A DNA stretch of 64,000 bases from an uncultured Fibrobacterota bacterium (lineage in GTDB: Bacteria > Fibrobacterota > Chitinivibrionia > Chitinivibrionales > FEN-1185), in the NCBI GenBank assembly GCA_963753345.1, contig CAVWBU010000040.1, positions 1-64,000 on the forward strand. The letters are read 5' to 3'. Numbering within the stretch: the stretch's first letter is position 1; the number at the start of each line of letters is the position of its first letter. A program made the position numbers and the translations under genes. Of the stretch, positions 31,601-41,753 are shown one piece after another. The notes below the pieces were generated by a model that saw nothing but the letters and a program-made list of their open reading frames with translations, did not search any database and was not told where the DNA came from.

Positions 31601-32245
31601 TCATAGACCCGCCGTCTGTTTCTTACCAACGGGTTTCTTGACCGTTCCAATGATTTTGCTTATTACCTTCCTGCCCTCTCTCATGGTGTAGTGGACATTG
31701 ACAGATACATAATTCTTTATTTCGTTGAGCGTGGAAACCCTGTTGCCCGCTTTTATAATGGCGTTGCTGTCAATCGCAAAGGTGTCCTGTTGCTCAACCG
31801 CAGCCCTGATGATCATGGCATCACCCTTGTTGTTGATGGATTGTATCACACCCTCGGTAACTATTGCATTTTCACCTCTCACAATGGGCGGTGGGCTTTC
31901 CCGCCATATCTGCTGAGGAATAATATGGGTGGCCACCTTTCTTCCTTCCTTGATGGCATATTGTACGCGAACAAGTGATTTGAGGACAAGATCCCTTACC
32001 GTCGTGTGCGGTTGTTCCGGCTTGATGACTGTTGTGCTGTCGATGCTGAGAGTATCTTCCTTTTCGATCTTCGCATTCAAGACGATTGACTTTCCATCCA
32101 CATCAACAGACACGATGCGTCCTTCCACGAGGACGGGGTTATCCTCTTGCGATTTAGGCACCGGTTGTGTTGCCTGGTTTTGCTCCGGCCAAGCCAGAAA
32201 AGTGAAAGATATGAGAACAAGAATCGAAAGTTTATTCATTTTCAT
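31601..32245 (-). CDS. Exported protein with two tandem OB-fold-like repeats
   Basis: Signal peptide; repeats EGRIVSVD..DTLSID..VRVQY..EGRKVA and EGVIQSIN..DTFAID..VNVHY..EGRKVI; AGGAGG RBS. Confidence 0.7.
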   Translation of the reverse strand: MKMNKLSILVLISFTFLAWPEQNQATQPVPKSQEDNPVLVEGRIVSVDVDGKSIVLNAKIEKEDTLSIDSTTVIKPEQPHTTVRDLVLKSLVRVQYAIKEGRKVATHIIPQQIWRESPPPIVRGENAIVTEGVIQSINNKGDAMIIRAAVEQQDTFAIDSNAIIKAGNRVSTLNEIKNYVSVNVHYTMREGRKVISKIIGTVKKPVGKKQTAGL

Positions 32246-32363
32246 AAGCCACATCCTCCTCTCTTGAAATTTTCGAACAATAGTGATCCCTGTCTCCTGC
32301 CGCAATCCGATAATGGGCATTAACGCCGATCATTCTAAATTGTGGATCCTTCCGATATAAATA

Positions 32364-32378
32364 GCAATAGGTGTTCCA
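32364..32378 (-). promoter_or_regulatory. Sigma-54 promoter
   Basis: TGGAACACCTATTGC. Confidence 0.6.
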
Positions 32379-32424
32379 ATTTTTTTATCCGCGCTATTAC
32401 GATAGCCGGTCGTTCCTGCCTGCA

Positions 32425-32606
32425 TTGAAGAACCCCGCAGCTAGCTGCAAGAAATCTTCCATCCCTATCGAAAGAGGCATACTTATAGTCGCTCGCTAAC
32501 CCCGATGCAAGCTTCGAGGAAAAGGCAAACGACGCAATAACAGCCGCGCAACGCCACTTCCACACCTCAGGGAATGGAATGACAATGCGCTCGCTGTGGG
32601 ATTCAA
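32425..32606. mobile_element. MITE-like element, copy 1
   Basis: Starts TTGAAGAACCCCGCAGCTAGCTGC, internal GCTAACCCCGATGCAAGCTTCG, ends AATGCGCTCGCTGTGGGATTCAA. Similar to 33198-33357. Confidence 0.55.
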
Positions 32607-32645
32607 ATAAGAAAATTGGATCAAACCTGTGATTGTCCGCCAATT

Positions 32646-33185
32646 CTAAGTTACAGCTTCGTAAAAATCGGCCCTCACCACGGAAGAAGTTTCCTTGTGG
32701 TTGAGATACCAAATCTTTACGTCAAACAGAAACTCCTTGGCAAGGTCCGCAAGCATAAGGAGAATCGAATTGATTTGGATGTCTTTCTCCACCGTGGCAT
32801 AATGGAGATAGAATTCCAACTCGTCGGCAGCCACCTCATGGACAGTTCGAAAAATATTTTCAAAATCCTCGCCAATTTCCATTGCCCCAAGCTGTTCATC
32901 CACATTTTGACGCGTAGAGAGCGGAGTCAGTTCGATTCCCTGGCTCCGGGCAATTTTATCTATTATCACGCGCTGAGCATCTTTCTTAACACCCATGTAA
33001 GAGTAGAAACCTCTGCTGACAACATCCTCCGCTCGGGCTCCTCTTTCTTCAAAGAAGACGACAGCCCCTGATGCACGCCTGGCCGCCAGGGTCAATATTC
33101 GGCAAAGTTGGAAATCACTTTTGTTCTCTCTTTCCGCCATTGTCCTAGCGGATATGCTTCTGCTCAGGGTACCAATACCTTCCAT
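32646..33185 (-). CDS. Degenerate ferritin-like helical protein
   Basis: Two-fold helical pattern (ILTLAARRASGAVVFFEE; VHEVAADELEFYLHYATVEKD). Start uncertain. Confidence 0.5.
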   Translation of the reverse strand: MEGIGTLSRSISARTMAERENKSDFQLCRILTLAARRASGAVVFFEERGARAEDVVSRGFYSYMGVKKDAQRVIIDKIARSQGIELTPLSTRQNVDEQLGAMEIGEDFENIFRTVHEVAADELEFYLHYATVEKDIQINSILLMLADLAKEFLFDVKIWYLNHKETSSVVRADFYEAVT

Positions 33186-33197
33186 GCATTCCTCCAA

Positions 33198-33357
33198 TTG
33201 AAGAACCCCGCCCCAAGTGGCGGGGATTGGCCATGCGGTCGAAGCACGTCTGCGGCCTCTACTGCGTGGTCTTCCATAGCTAAGGAAATAGAATAATAAA
33301 TATTCGCCCGCTAACCCCGCGCCAAGTCGCGGGGAATGCGCGGGCTGTGCTATTCAA
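33198..33357. mobile_element. MITE-like element, copy 2
   Basis: TTGAAGAA-CCCCGCCCCAAGTGGCGGGG ... GCTAA-CCCCGCGCCAAGTCGCGGGG-AATGCG...TATTCAA; two GC hairpins, TTGAA/TTCAA ends. Confidence 0.6.
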
Positions 33358-33415
33358 AGGTAGGAAAAATTTCCGTACTAATTTTTGAGCAATCCTGTAA
33401 TATTGCCTAAGGGGT

Positions 33416-33430
33416 GCAACAACTATGCCA
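33416..33430 (-). promoter_or_regulatory. Sigma-54 promoter
   Basis: TGGCATAGTTGTTGC. Confidence 0.7.
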
Positions 33431-33501
33431 GTACTATTCAGCTGAACAGCAATGGGGCGCCTGTTTTGTTTTGCAAAGAAAAATCAACTTGAACTGAATC
33501 C

Positions 33502-33539
33502 TTCTCAGTCTTGAGAACCAGGGTTTCTATTTTTGAAAA
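33502..33539. promoter_or_regulatory. Tandem palindromic activator sites between divergent sigma-54 promoters
   Basis: TTCTCA-GTCT-TGAGAA (33502) and TTTCTA-TTTT-TGAAAA (33524), 22 bp apart. Confidence 0.6.
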
Positions 33540-33588
33540 AAGTGACCCCTGCCGCGATTTCAAATACAGCACCTGGCACACGACATCC

Positions 33589-33603
33589 TGGCACATTTAT
33601 TGC
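33589..33603 (+). promoter_or_regulatory. Sigma-54 promoter
   Basis: TGGCACATTTATTGC. Confidence 0.7.
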
Positions 33604-33683
33604 CTTATCCCTATAACAACGATTCCTGAACAGCCTGATTCCAGTCTCAGGCTAACCGTTGCCCCCAATGAGAGGAGAATAGA

Positions 33684-33923
33684 ATGATGTGCGATGGAAA
33701 GACGCAATGTCTTGCGTGCGCTCTCAATTCCACATGTCCTTCGACAACTCGCGTGTTTGTCAACTACTGCGGGAGCATGCCCCAATCGCTTAAGGAACAG
33801 CTCTATCGCGCTCGTATCGATTGCAGAGTTCGCCGGCGCCACGAGAGGTATCACGGGTTACAGCATTCCATGCGTAACGCCTTTTGTAAATCAGAGCTTG
33901 CTTTGGCGGAAACTCATTCTTGA
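33684..33923 (+). CDS. Small Cys-rich hypothetical protein
   Basis: GAGGAG RBS, sigma-54 promoter upstream, C-x5-CxxC-x5-C-x11-C pattern. Confidence 0.6.
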   Translation: MMCDGKTQCLACALNSTCPSTTRVFVNYCGSMPQSLKEQLYRARIDCRVRRRHERYHGLQHSMRNAFCKSELALAETHS

Positions 33924-33986
33924 ACACATGCATTCCAACAGAAGGTCGGCAAAAAAGATCCGGACATCAAAAAAAAGGGGCTCCGG

Positions 33987-34673
33987 TTGAACACCGATTG
34001 GAAGTCTGATGGCGCACTCCCAGACGGGAAACAGGCGCTGCTGCTGGTTGACATCCAGAATGATTTCTGTCCGGGTGGAAATCTTGCCGTGCCAAAGGGT
34101 GATGAAATCATTCCGCGCTGTAATAATTATATAGAACTTTTCAGATCCTCACAATTGCCCATTTTTGCATCTCGCGACTGGCATCCGGAACAAACGGGAC
34201 ATTTCCATAAGTACGGCGGGATCTGGCCGTCGCATTGCCTCCAGAAAACCAGAGGCGCCGAATTCCATCCCGATCTGCAATTGCCTTCCGAGGCAATAAT
34301 CATTTCCAAAGGCCGGGACCCCTGTGAGGATAGTTTTTCCGCATTTCAGGGAACCGATTCGAACGAGACAATGTTTCAAGAAGTCCTGGAAAAGATGGGG
34401 GTTGCCGAGATTTTTGTCGGAGGCCTGACAACGGACTTCTGCATCAAGCATACAGTGCTGGATGGCTTACACAAGGGTTATTCAATGAGGTTGCTTTCTG
34501 ACGCCATGAAAGGAATGAACATTTTCTTCTCTGATGATTCTTTCAGAGCAATGAAACTCATGGAACGCTACGGAGCGATAACTACCGAATTTGCGTTGGT
34601 AAAGGAGCTGCTCTCCGTCAGCGTTACCGAATTGCAGGACAGAAAGAACAACATGCAGGTGCTTTTCAAATGA
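33987..34673 (+). CDS. pncA: Nicotinamidase/pyrazinamidase
   Basis: VDIQNDFCPGG, DWHP, WPSHC, ISKG, GLTTDFC. Confidence 0.92.
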   Translation: MNTDWKSDGALPDGKQALLLVDIQNDFCPGGNLAVPKGDEIIPRCNNYIELFRSSQLPIFASRDWHPEQTGHFHKYGGIWPSHCLQKTRGAEFHPDLQLPSEAIIISKGRDPCEDSFSAFQGTDSNETMFQEVLEKMGVAEIFVGGLTTDFCIKHTVLDGLHKGYSMRLLSDAMKGMNIFFSDDSFRAMKLMERYGAITTEFALVKELLSVSVTELQDRKNNMQVLFK

Positions 34674-34755
34674 TTGTAATTACCTTAGCATGGACGAATC
34701 GTGTGTTTCAGGCCAGAGCCAATAACGGTTCGGGTACAGCCTTTAACCTACACCA

Positions 34756-36087
34756 TCATATGCTGCTCATGTTGGCAAGTTTCCTGTAAAGCGATGAAAG
34801 GGAAATGCCGAGAACTTCGCAGGCTTTGTACTTGTCCCCTGCGCAATGTTCAAGCACTTTCTTGATGTGCGTTTTTTCCATTTCCTCAAGATTTAAAACC
34901 GGTGATCCATCCCCGCTTCGGGAATTGACAACAGGGACGGCGCCAAGGCCCGGGAAATGGACAGAGGTAATTTCACGGCCTCTCGCGAGCAGCGTGGCCC
35001 TTTCGAGCATGTTCCTGAGCTCCCGTATGTTTCCCGGCCACGCATAATCGGTGAGGAGTTGAATTACGTTGTTTGACAATGGCAAAAAAGTATAATCGAA
35101 GCTCTTGAGAAGCTGCTCGCACAAACCGGGTATGTCCTCTTTTCTTTCACGCAATGCCGGCAAGCGGATGGGGAAAACGCAAATACGATAGTACAGATCG
35201 TTCCTGAACCTCCCGTTTTCCGTTTCCTTGAGCAGGTCACGGTTTGTCGCACATATCAATCTGAAATCGCTTCTCCTGAGGTTGTTTTCGCCAATCCTCC
35301 TAAACGACTTCTCTTCTATGGTCTTGAGCAACTGTGTTTGAACCTCCAAATCCATGTCCCCGATTTCATCGAGAAACAAGGTCCCTCCGTCGGCCACTTC
35401 AATCAGACCTTCCCTGTCTTTGATGGAGGAGGTAAACGCCCCCTTGACGTGGCCGAACAGCTCGCTCCGCAGAAGCTCTCCTTTCAGGCTGGAACAATTC
35501 AGTTCGACAAATGCCTCCGATTTCCTATCGCTCTGATGGTGAATCCACCTGGCAAGAACACCCTTACCGGTGCCCGTTTCGCCCAAAATCAGCACCACCG
35601 TATCGTTGGCTGCGGCGACGGCCGAGTGTTCCATCACCTCGGCTATAGCCGGGCTGGACCCGAAAAACGGAGTATCCGGCTTTACAAGACGGTCCTGAAC
35701 AATTGCCATTTTGCGAAGTGAGCCGATTTCGAGGGACTTCTGCAAAGAGGCAAGAAGATCCGTCATCTCGACCGGTTTGGTAAGAAAGTCCTCAGCACCG
35801 TTCTTTGTGGCCTTTACCGCAGTTGGAATGTCGCCGCTTCCGGTGATGACAATGACCGGAAGGTGAGGATGTCCCTGTTTCAATTCCGGCAGCCAATCGA
35901 GCGCATAGCCGTCCGGCAATTTCAAATCGAGCACGATCGCGTCGAAATGGTTTGCCGCCACGGCGTTTTTTGCATCCGCAAGATTGGCCGTGCTGTGAGT
36001 CGTAAATCCATTTTTCGCAAGGTACCGTTCATAGCCGAACAAGGCGGCTTCGTCATCATCAACAAGAAGGAGCTTGGGGGTTCTCAT
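34756..36087 (-). CDS. NtrC-family sigma-54-dependent response regulator
   Basis: REC ([13 protein letters not shown]), [35 protein letters not shown], Fis HTH. Confidence 0.95.
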   Translation of the reverse strand: MRTPKLLLVDDDEAALFGYERYLAKNGFTTHSTANLADAKNAVAANHFDAIVLDLKLPDGYALDWLPELKQGHPHLPVIVITGSGDIPTAVKATKNGAEDFLTKPVEMTDLLASLQKSLEIGSLRKMAIVQDRLVKPDTPFFGSSPAIAEVMEHSAVAAANDTVVLILGETGTGKGVLARWIHHQSDRKSEAFVELNCSSLKGELLRSELFGHVKGAFTSSIKDREGLIEVADGGTLFLDEIGDMDLEVQTQLLKTIEEKSFRRIGENNLRRSDFRLICATNRDLLKETENGRFRNDLYYRICVFPIRLPALRERKEDIPGLCEQLLKSFDYTFLPLSNNVIQLLTDYAWPGNIRELRNMLERATLLARGREITSVHFPGLGAVPVVNSRSGDGSPVLNLEEMEKTHIKKVLEHCAGDKYKACEVLGISLSSLYRKLANMSSI

Positions 36088-36583
36088 AAAGTTTTTAGCT
36101 CCACGAAAAGATGGTAAGGAAGAATAGAGCGATATTCCGGATTCTAAAAATCATTCCCCTTATGCTACTCACGTGATAAAATACTTTTGCTTCATAAGCT
36201 TCTTGCAAACAAACGATCGGCATTTTCTTTGCGGTCAATGTCCAAGGGCGTACCGACCGGAGCACGCACAGGTAACGCAAAGGGCTCTGCTATGGCCCGT
36301 ATCTTGAATGCAATAGAATGACAACTGCAATACCTGTGCCGCACCTCAATGCCCAAGGCGGCCTTTTCCTCAATTCCTCCCGAACAGGCGTGAGCTGAAG
36401 AATATCACAAACAGTCCTCTTCGGCCAATAATGCCATATTCCCGCTCTTTTCGCAAAAAGGATAGGAATTCCCGGAATTGCGAACAGATAGACAATAGCG
36501 ATCACATGCCGCACTACTTTATCCGGTGAGGTCTGATTGGCATGACTTTTGTGTCTCTCATTCAATCAACCGAAAGGTTTGCT

Positions 36584-37513
36584 GTGCCAAAATTCCGACA
36601 AGTGAAAAAAGTCATTCGGAGCAAGCCGACCCTTGAGGGCGCAGGGGTGCATCTGAAGAGAGCGTTCGGCAATGGCCATGTCCCGCAATTAGACCCCTTT
36701 CTCCTCTTGGATGACTTTCATTCAAGCAACCCGGAGGACTATGTCAAAGGTTTTCCCTGGCACCCACACAGGGGAATAGAGACGATAACCTACGTCTTGC
36801 ACGGCGAAGTCAGGCACGGGGACAGCATGGGAAACAACGGTGTGATTTCATCAGGCGATATCCAATGGATGACAGCCGGGAGCGGAATCATTCACCAGGA
36901 AATGCCGAAAGGCGCTGCCGACGGCCTCATGTGGGGATTCCAACTCTGGGCCAATCTCCCTGCCTCCCACAAAATGATGAAACCCCGCTATCGCGGCATC
37001 CTTGGAAGTCAGATTCCTGAAGTCACTCTCAATGATAATGTGCGGATCAGAATTATCTGCGGCACCGTGAACAACGTTTCCGGTCCTGTAAAGGACATCG
37101 TGACCGAGCCGGAGTACCTTGACATTTTTGTTCCTGCCCAGACCGAGTTTTCGCACCCTGTGAAGAGCGGGCGCGCCGCATTTGCCTATGTCATAGAAGG
37201 CGGCGGTTTTTTCGATCATGACAAGGACCCATACCGCATCGACATTGAGGGCAGCAATTACTTCGACATGGCGAGAGAGCCCGCACTTCGTCCCGAATCG
37301 CTTGCGCTGTTCGGTGATGGAGACGCAATTTCCGTTTCCACGGGAAACGAGTCCGTCCGGTTCCTGATGGTTTCGGGTAATCCCATCGGCGAACCGGTCG
37401 CCTGGTACGGTCCGATCGTCATGAACAGCCTGGAAGAACTCAGGACCGCGTTTCAAGAATACCACAGCGGCACGTTTCTGAGGCACGGGGCGATGCCGGA
37501 CGGCGTTACGTGA
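36584..37513 (+). CDS. Pirin family protein
   Basis: LDPFLLLD, GFPWHPHRGIETITY, WMTAGSGIIHQE, QLWANLP, GPIVMN. Confidence 0.94.
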   Translation: MPKFRQVKKVIRSKPTLEGAGVHLKRAFGNGHVPQLDPFLLLDDFHSSNPEDYVKGFPWHPHRGIETITYVLHGEVRHGDSMGNNGVISSGDIQWMTAGSGIIHQEMPKGAADGLMWGFQLWANLPASHKMMKPRYRGILGSQIPEVTLNDNVRIRIICGTVNNVSGPVKDIVTEPEYLDIFVPAQTEFSHPVKSGRAAFAYVIEGGGFFDHDKDPYRIDIEGSNYFDMAREPALRPESLALFGDGDAISVSTGNESVRFLMVSGNPIGEPVAWYGPIVMNSLEELRTAFQEYHSGTFLRHGAMPDGVT

Positions 37514-37595
37514 AGAACCCCGAGGGTTTTTCTATCCCCAGGGAAAAAGAACACGTTCATCGTCATCACATTGACATATAGGAAAGGAGTACCAT

Positions 37596-38033
37596 ATGCC
37601 TATTCGAACCGGTGAAGCACTATGGGAAGGCACCCTTACAAAGGGCTTTGGTGAACTGAAAACGGGAACTGGATCGGTAAAGGCCTCCTACTCTTTCTCA
37701 TCCCGCTTTGAGTCCGGACCCGGGACAAACCCTGAGGAACTAATCGCCGCGGCGCACGCCGGCTGTTTTTCAATGGCATTTGCCGGGATACTCGAACAGG
37801 CGGGTTTTGCGCCCATAACAATAAGAACTGTTGCGCAAGTGGCAATCGAAAAGGACGGGCAGGGGTTCTCAATCACCTCGATAAAACTCGTGACGGAAGC
37901 AGAAGTGCCCGGGATAAGCAACACAACATTCAACGAAAAAGCCGAGGCCGCCAGGGCCGGATGTCCGGTGTCGAAGGCGCTTGCCGGAACAAACATCACG
38001 GTACAAGCACGGTTGCTCCCGTCGCCGAAGTAA
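37596..38033 (+). CDS. osmC: OsmC family peroxiredoxin
   Basis: GTNPEELIAAAHAGCFSMA, GCPVSKAL. Confidence 0.94.
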   Translation: MPIRTGEALWEGTLTKGFGELKTGTGSVKASYSFSSRFESGPGTNPEELIAAAHAGCFSMAFAGILEQAGFAPITIRTVAQVAIEKDGQGFSITSIKLVTEAEVPGISNTTFNEKAEAARAGCPVSKALAGTNITVQARLLPSPK

Positions 38034-38057
38034 ACATTTTCAGAAGGTATTGCCCTC

Positions 38058-39253
38058 ATGAATGGAAAGAAATACGATTACGTCATTGTCGGCGGCGGGC
38101 TTGCCGGAGCCTCCGCGGCGCAAGGAATACGTGAGGTCGACACAAAGGGTTCGGTGCTTCTTATCGGCAGCGAGCCCTGCCTTCCCTATCACCGTCCTCC
38201 ATTGACAAAAGATCTTTGGTCCGGCAAGATGAAGCTGGAAGAAATCTTTGTCCAGAAGGAAGATTTTTATGCCGGTCGGAATATCGACGTGCGGCAAGGC
38301 GTCAAGGTTATTTCCCTGGACCCGGCTGCAAAATCGGTTACCGACAGCGATGGCAGGGAATTCCGCTTCAGGAAACTGCTTCTCGCAACAGGAGGCTCCC
38401 CGAACCGCCTTCGGATTCCGGGAGGAGACCTTGATGGAGTCATCTACTACCGGTTTCTTGATGATTACCTGAATTTGAATCCCTTGGTCAAGGAAGGGAA
38501 ATCCGTGGTCGTTATCGGAGGCGGATTCATAGGAACCGAGATTGCGGCAGCGCTCTGCCGGAGGAATCTCAGAATGACGATGGTGTTTCCCGAATTGTAT
38601 CCCTGCAGGAGGATTTTTCCCGACTATTTAGGCATGCACATCCTTGAGGAATATCGGAACCGCGGGATTACGGTCCTCGCGGACGATGCGCCCATCGAGA
38701 TTGAAAAAACAACTGTCTTTTTCGCATCAAGACCAGAAAGGGACAGACGCTCGATACCGACTTCGTCATCGCCGGGATTGGAATAAGTCCATCGGCCGAG
38801 CTGGCGCAAAACGCCGGTCATCGCCGTCGGGGACGGCATCACCGTCAACTCTTTTTTGCAAACCTCACATCCGGACATTTATGCCGCGGGGGACAATGCG
38901 CAATTCACGGAACAGCGGTTCATGACCGCCGTGCGGGTCGAACACTGGGACAATGCCCTCAACCAGGGAAAATGCGCGGGAAGAAACATGGCCGGAGCCC
39001 GAGGAGCCTTACGCCTACATGTCCTACTTTTTTCTCAGACCTGTTTGACTTCGGATATGAGGCGGTAGGCAGAATCGACAGCCGTCTGGAGACCCGTGCA
39101 GATTGGCAGAAAGAAAATGAGAAGGGAATTGTCTACTATCTGAAGGACGGCGTGATCCATGGCGTGCTCATGTGCAACGTATGGGGAAAGGTGGATGCCG
39201 CCCGCATCTCGATACAGAATAACGTACCTCTCGCGCAGGCAGACCTTCGATAA
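38058..39253 (+). pseudogene. FAD/NAD-dependent oxidoreductase (ferredoxin-reductase-like) split by several frameshifts
   Basis: GGGLAG, PYHRPPLTK, LLATGG, GGGFIG; then DIYAAGD, RVEHWDNA and FFSDLFD in other frames. Breaks near 38710, 38820 and 39000-39030. Confidence 0.85.
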
Positions 39254-39355
39254 CCGGTGTGATTTGCCTGTGTGTTATTCGCTCTTAAGGGAGCCTCGCG
39301 AACAACGCCGGAAGTCGTCTCAACCATTAATGCAGTTCCGCGGCTGGCCATCTTC

Positions 39356-41290
39356 TCATTCTGACCCATTTCCCTGATTAATGGCGGCGGCGTGCGTCTC
39401 CTGGTCAAGCTGGATTTTGAGCCGGACCACTTCTCCCTCCACTACATGAACCGTACCGGAAAAGGGCCTATATCCCTCCCGCTTGAGTACCACGGCATGG
39501 TCTCCTTCCGGAAGCATGAGCGGGTTCGCCATGGGCGCGGCTCCTTCGTCGGCTCCGTCGACATAAACGTCGGCCCATGGATAGCAATAGACATGGAGGA
39601 ACCCCGCACCTTGTTCCAGTTGCTTGAGCGAGATCGCCACATTTTGAACGGTATTCTCCTCGGTCGCAATGATTGTACTGTACGATTTGTACCCGGTCGC
39701 CGCAGCAGCAATAGTGTGCCTGCCTGACTTTACCCGTTTCCCCGATGCCAGATCTTTGTCAGAAAGCTTTTCGCCGTCCAAATAAACGAGTGCCCGAAGG
39801 GGATCAACGGTAAATTTCAGAATTCCCGGGTGGCTTTCCTGCTGTTTGTAAACGGAACCTCGGGCGCCTGCCCCCGCGTTCGGTATGACGGACGTTTCCC
39901 CTGCACCGATATACGCAGCCTCATTACTTCTCTTTGCGAACTGCTTCGTCGAGGTCAGCTCATTGCCGGATGTACCGCTTTCGGAAAGCGAGTTTTTTGA
40001 TAGATCCTTCTGCAACCCACGTGAGGGATTCCTCGCTGCAGAATCACCTGCGGGAACCGCACGGGTCTGGACCGGGTCGAAACGGTCTTTATGGACAACC
40101 ATGGATATCGAGGTCATGCCCGACAGAACAACCCCGAGTATTCCGAGAACAGTGATCGCGGCCTTGAAGATCGGGGCTTTCACCGTAAACATGTGGAGCC
40201 ACGCAACCGGGTTTGTCTTCCACGATGTTACTTCACGCCAGTCATTGGGCATCCGTTTCGTCTCCGAACTCCGGGGCCCGTCCTCTAAGAGAACGCCCCG
40301 GAACCGCTCCGCCTCCCGGAAATGGATTTCGGATTTCCGTGGATTGCCAGAAGCAAGATAGACCTTGCCTTTGCGGAGATGGTAGGCGGCGCAAAGCCCG
40401 GCAAGCTCGGCGGCCGCGCCGCTCTTGTCCTGGACGTATTTGACGATCATCCTGTCGCTGTCTCGGACGCCAAGATCGTACAAATAGTTTCCGAAGGCAT
40501 TAATCATTCCGTCAAGAGACGCCGGCCTCTTCTTCGGGTTCTTCTGAAGGCATGCCCGGATGTAATCCGCGCAATCGTCGGGCAGGGCGGGGCACAGCTG
40601 CTGGATGTCTTTTTCCTTCTCATTGACAATAGAGTAAACCATGGTGCGGATAGTATCCGCGGCAAACGGAAGGCGTCCGCCCGCAATTTTGTACGCAACC
40701 ACCCCTGCCGACCAGATGTCCGGGGAACTACCCTGGCTTTCCCCGCCGTTTGCGACTTCGGGCGGCATATACCCCGGCGTGATATACACGCTCGTGGATT
40801 CCATGAAGTCGGCCGCCCTGGAACCTGCGGCGTGTGCAAGCCCGAAATCGACCACTTTCACCTTGCCCGTCTTCGACAGCAGAATGTTCGCCGGTTTCAC
40901 ATCGCAGTGGACGGTGCCCTGCTGGTGCGCGTACTCGAGCCCCTTAAGGGCCTTCACCAAAATCATGATCCCGATTTCCTTCGGGAACGGATCCCAGTGC
41001 ATTATCTTTTCCAGATCCCATCCGTCAAGGTATTCCATCGAAATGTAAAACGATCCGTTGTCCTCGCCGAAGTCAAAAACCTGGATTATATTTTCATGGT
41101 CGAGCGCGGCCGCAGATTTGGCCTCGTTTTCGAACCTCTTTACGAGTTTGGCGTCCTTGTGCGTGCTCAAGGACATTTCCTTTATTACGACCTTTCTCCC
41201 CAAAGAAACCTGGGTCGCCAAAAAGACGTTTCCCATACCTCCTTCGGCTATCTTATTGATATCAACAAAATCTTTTAGAGAAAAAGCCAT
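39356..41290 (-). CDS. Membrane Ser/Thr protein kinase with C-terminal PEGA domains
   Basis: EGGMGNV, VVIKE, HCDVKPANILL, DFGLA, YMPPE; one TM; two PEGA-like repeats. Confidence 0.9.
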   Translation of the reverse strand: MAFSLKDFVDINKIAEGGMGNVFLATQVSLGRKVVIKEMSLSTHKDAKLVKRFENEAKSAAALDHENIIQVFDFGEDNGSFYISMEYLDGWDLEKIMHWDPFPKEIGIMILVKALKGLEYAHQQGTVHCDVKPANILLSKTGKVKVVDFGLAHAAGSRAADFMESTSVYITPGYMPPEVANGGESQGSSPDIWSAGVVAYKIAGGRLPFAADTIRTMVYSIVNEKEKDIQQLCPALPDDCADYIRACLQKNPKKRPASLDGMINAFGNYLYDLGVRDSDRMIVKYVQDKSGAAAELAGLCAAYHLRKGKVYLASGNPRKSEIHFREAERFRGVLLEDGPRSSETKRMPNDWREVTSWKTNPVAWLHMFTVKAPIFKAAITVLGILGVVLSGMTSISMVVHKDRFDPVQTRAVPAGDSAARNPSRGLQKDLSKNSLSESGTSGNELTSTKQFAKRSNEAAYIGAGETSVIPNAGAGARGSVYKQQESHPGILKFTVDPLRALVYLDGEKLSDKDLASGKRVKSGRHTIAAAATGYKSYSTIIATEENTVQNVAISLKQLEQGAGFLHVYCYPWADVYVDGADEGAAPMANPLMLPEGDHAVVLKREGYRPFSGTVHVVEGEVVRLKIQLDQETHAAAINQGNGSE

Positions 41291-41352
41291 GGGAAACAAC
41301 CTTTACCGCACGATGGCGTGCAGCTCATGCTCATTGCCGCTCTCATCCCGTT

Positions 41353-41706
41353 TCATTGCCCGGAAGACTGGAGCTGGTGAGTCACTCTGTCAATCTTGGA
41401 GGCAAGAATGAAATCGTTGATTGACAATCCGCCCACGGCGTGGGTGTACAACTCTATGGCAACCCTTTTGTAATACAGGTGAATGTCGGGATGGTGCTGT
41501 TCTTGGTCCGAGAGGGAGGCGACCTTCTCGACAAAGTCTGCACCGTCCAAGTATGCGGCGAACTTGATTTCCTTTGCAAGCCGATGCGGCCCCTCCCGCA
41601 CCAGCCGCCATTCCACAAGTTCCCGGAGGTACTTGTCCTCCTCGGGCTCGGCAAGCGGCGGAGCGCCCTTTTCAATGGAAGTGCAGTGTTGATCAATCAG
41701 GTTCAC
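41353..41706 (-). CDS. Pterin-4-alpha-carbinolamine dehydratase
   Basis: EQHHPDI, YTHAVGGLSINDFILASKID. Confidence 0.92.
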   Translation of the reverse strand: MNLIDQHCTSIEKGAPPLAEPEEDKYLRELVEWRLVREGPHRLAKEIKFAAYLDGADFVEKVASLSDQEQHHPDIHLYYKRVAIELYTHAVGGLSINDFILASKIDRVTHQLQSSGQ

Positions 41707-41753
41707 GTCTCACCTCCATGCAGGAGAGTTTCCGCCCGGGAGGCAGGCTAGTA

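Noticed and set aside
36218-36232. Sigma-54-like CGGCATTTTCTTTGC on the plus strand
   Set aside because: Good spacing but ~350 bp from the next gene, which has a closer candidate promoter; left unassigned.
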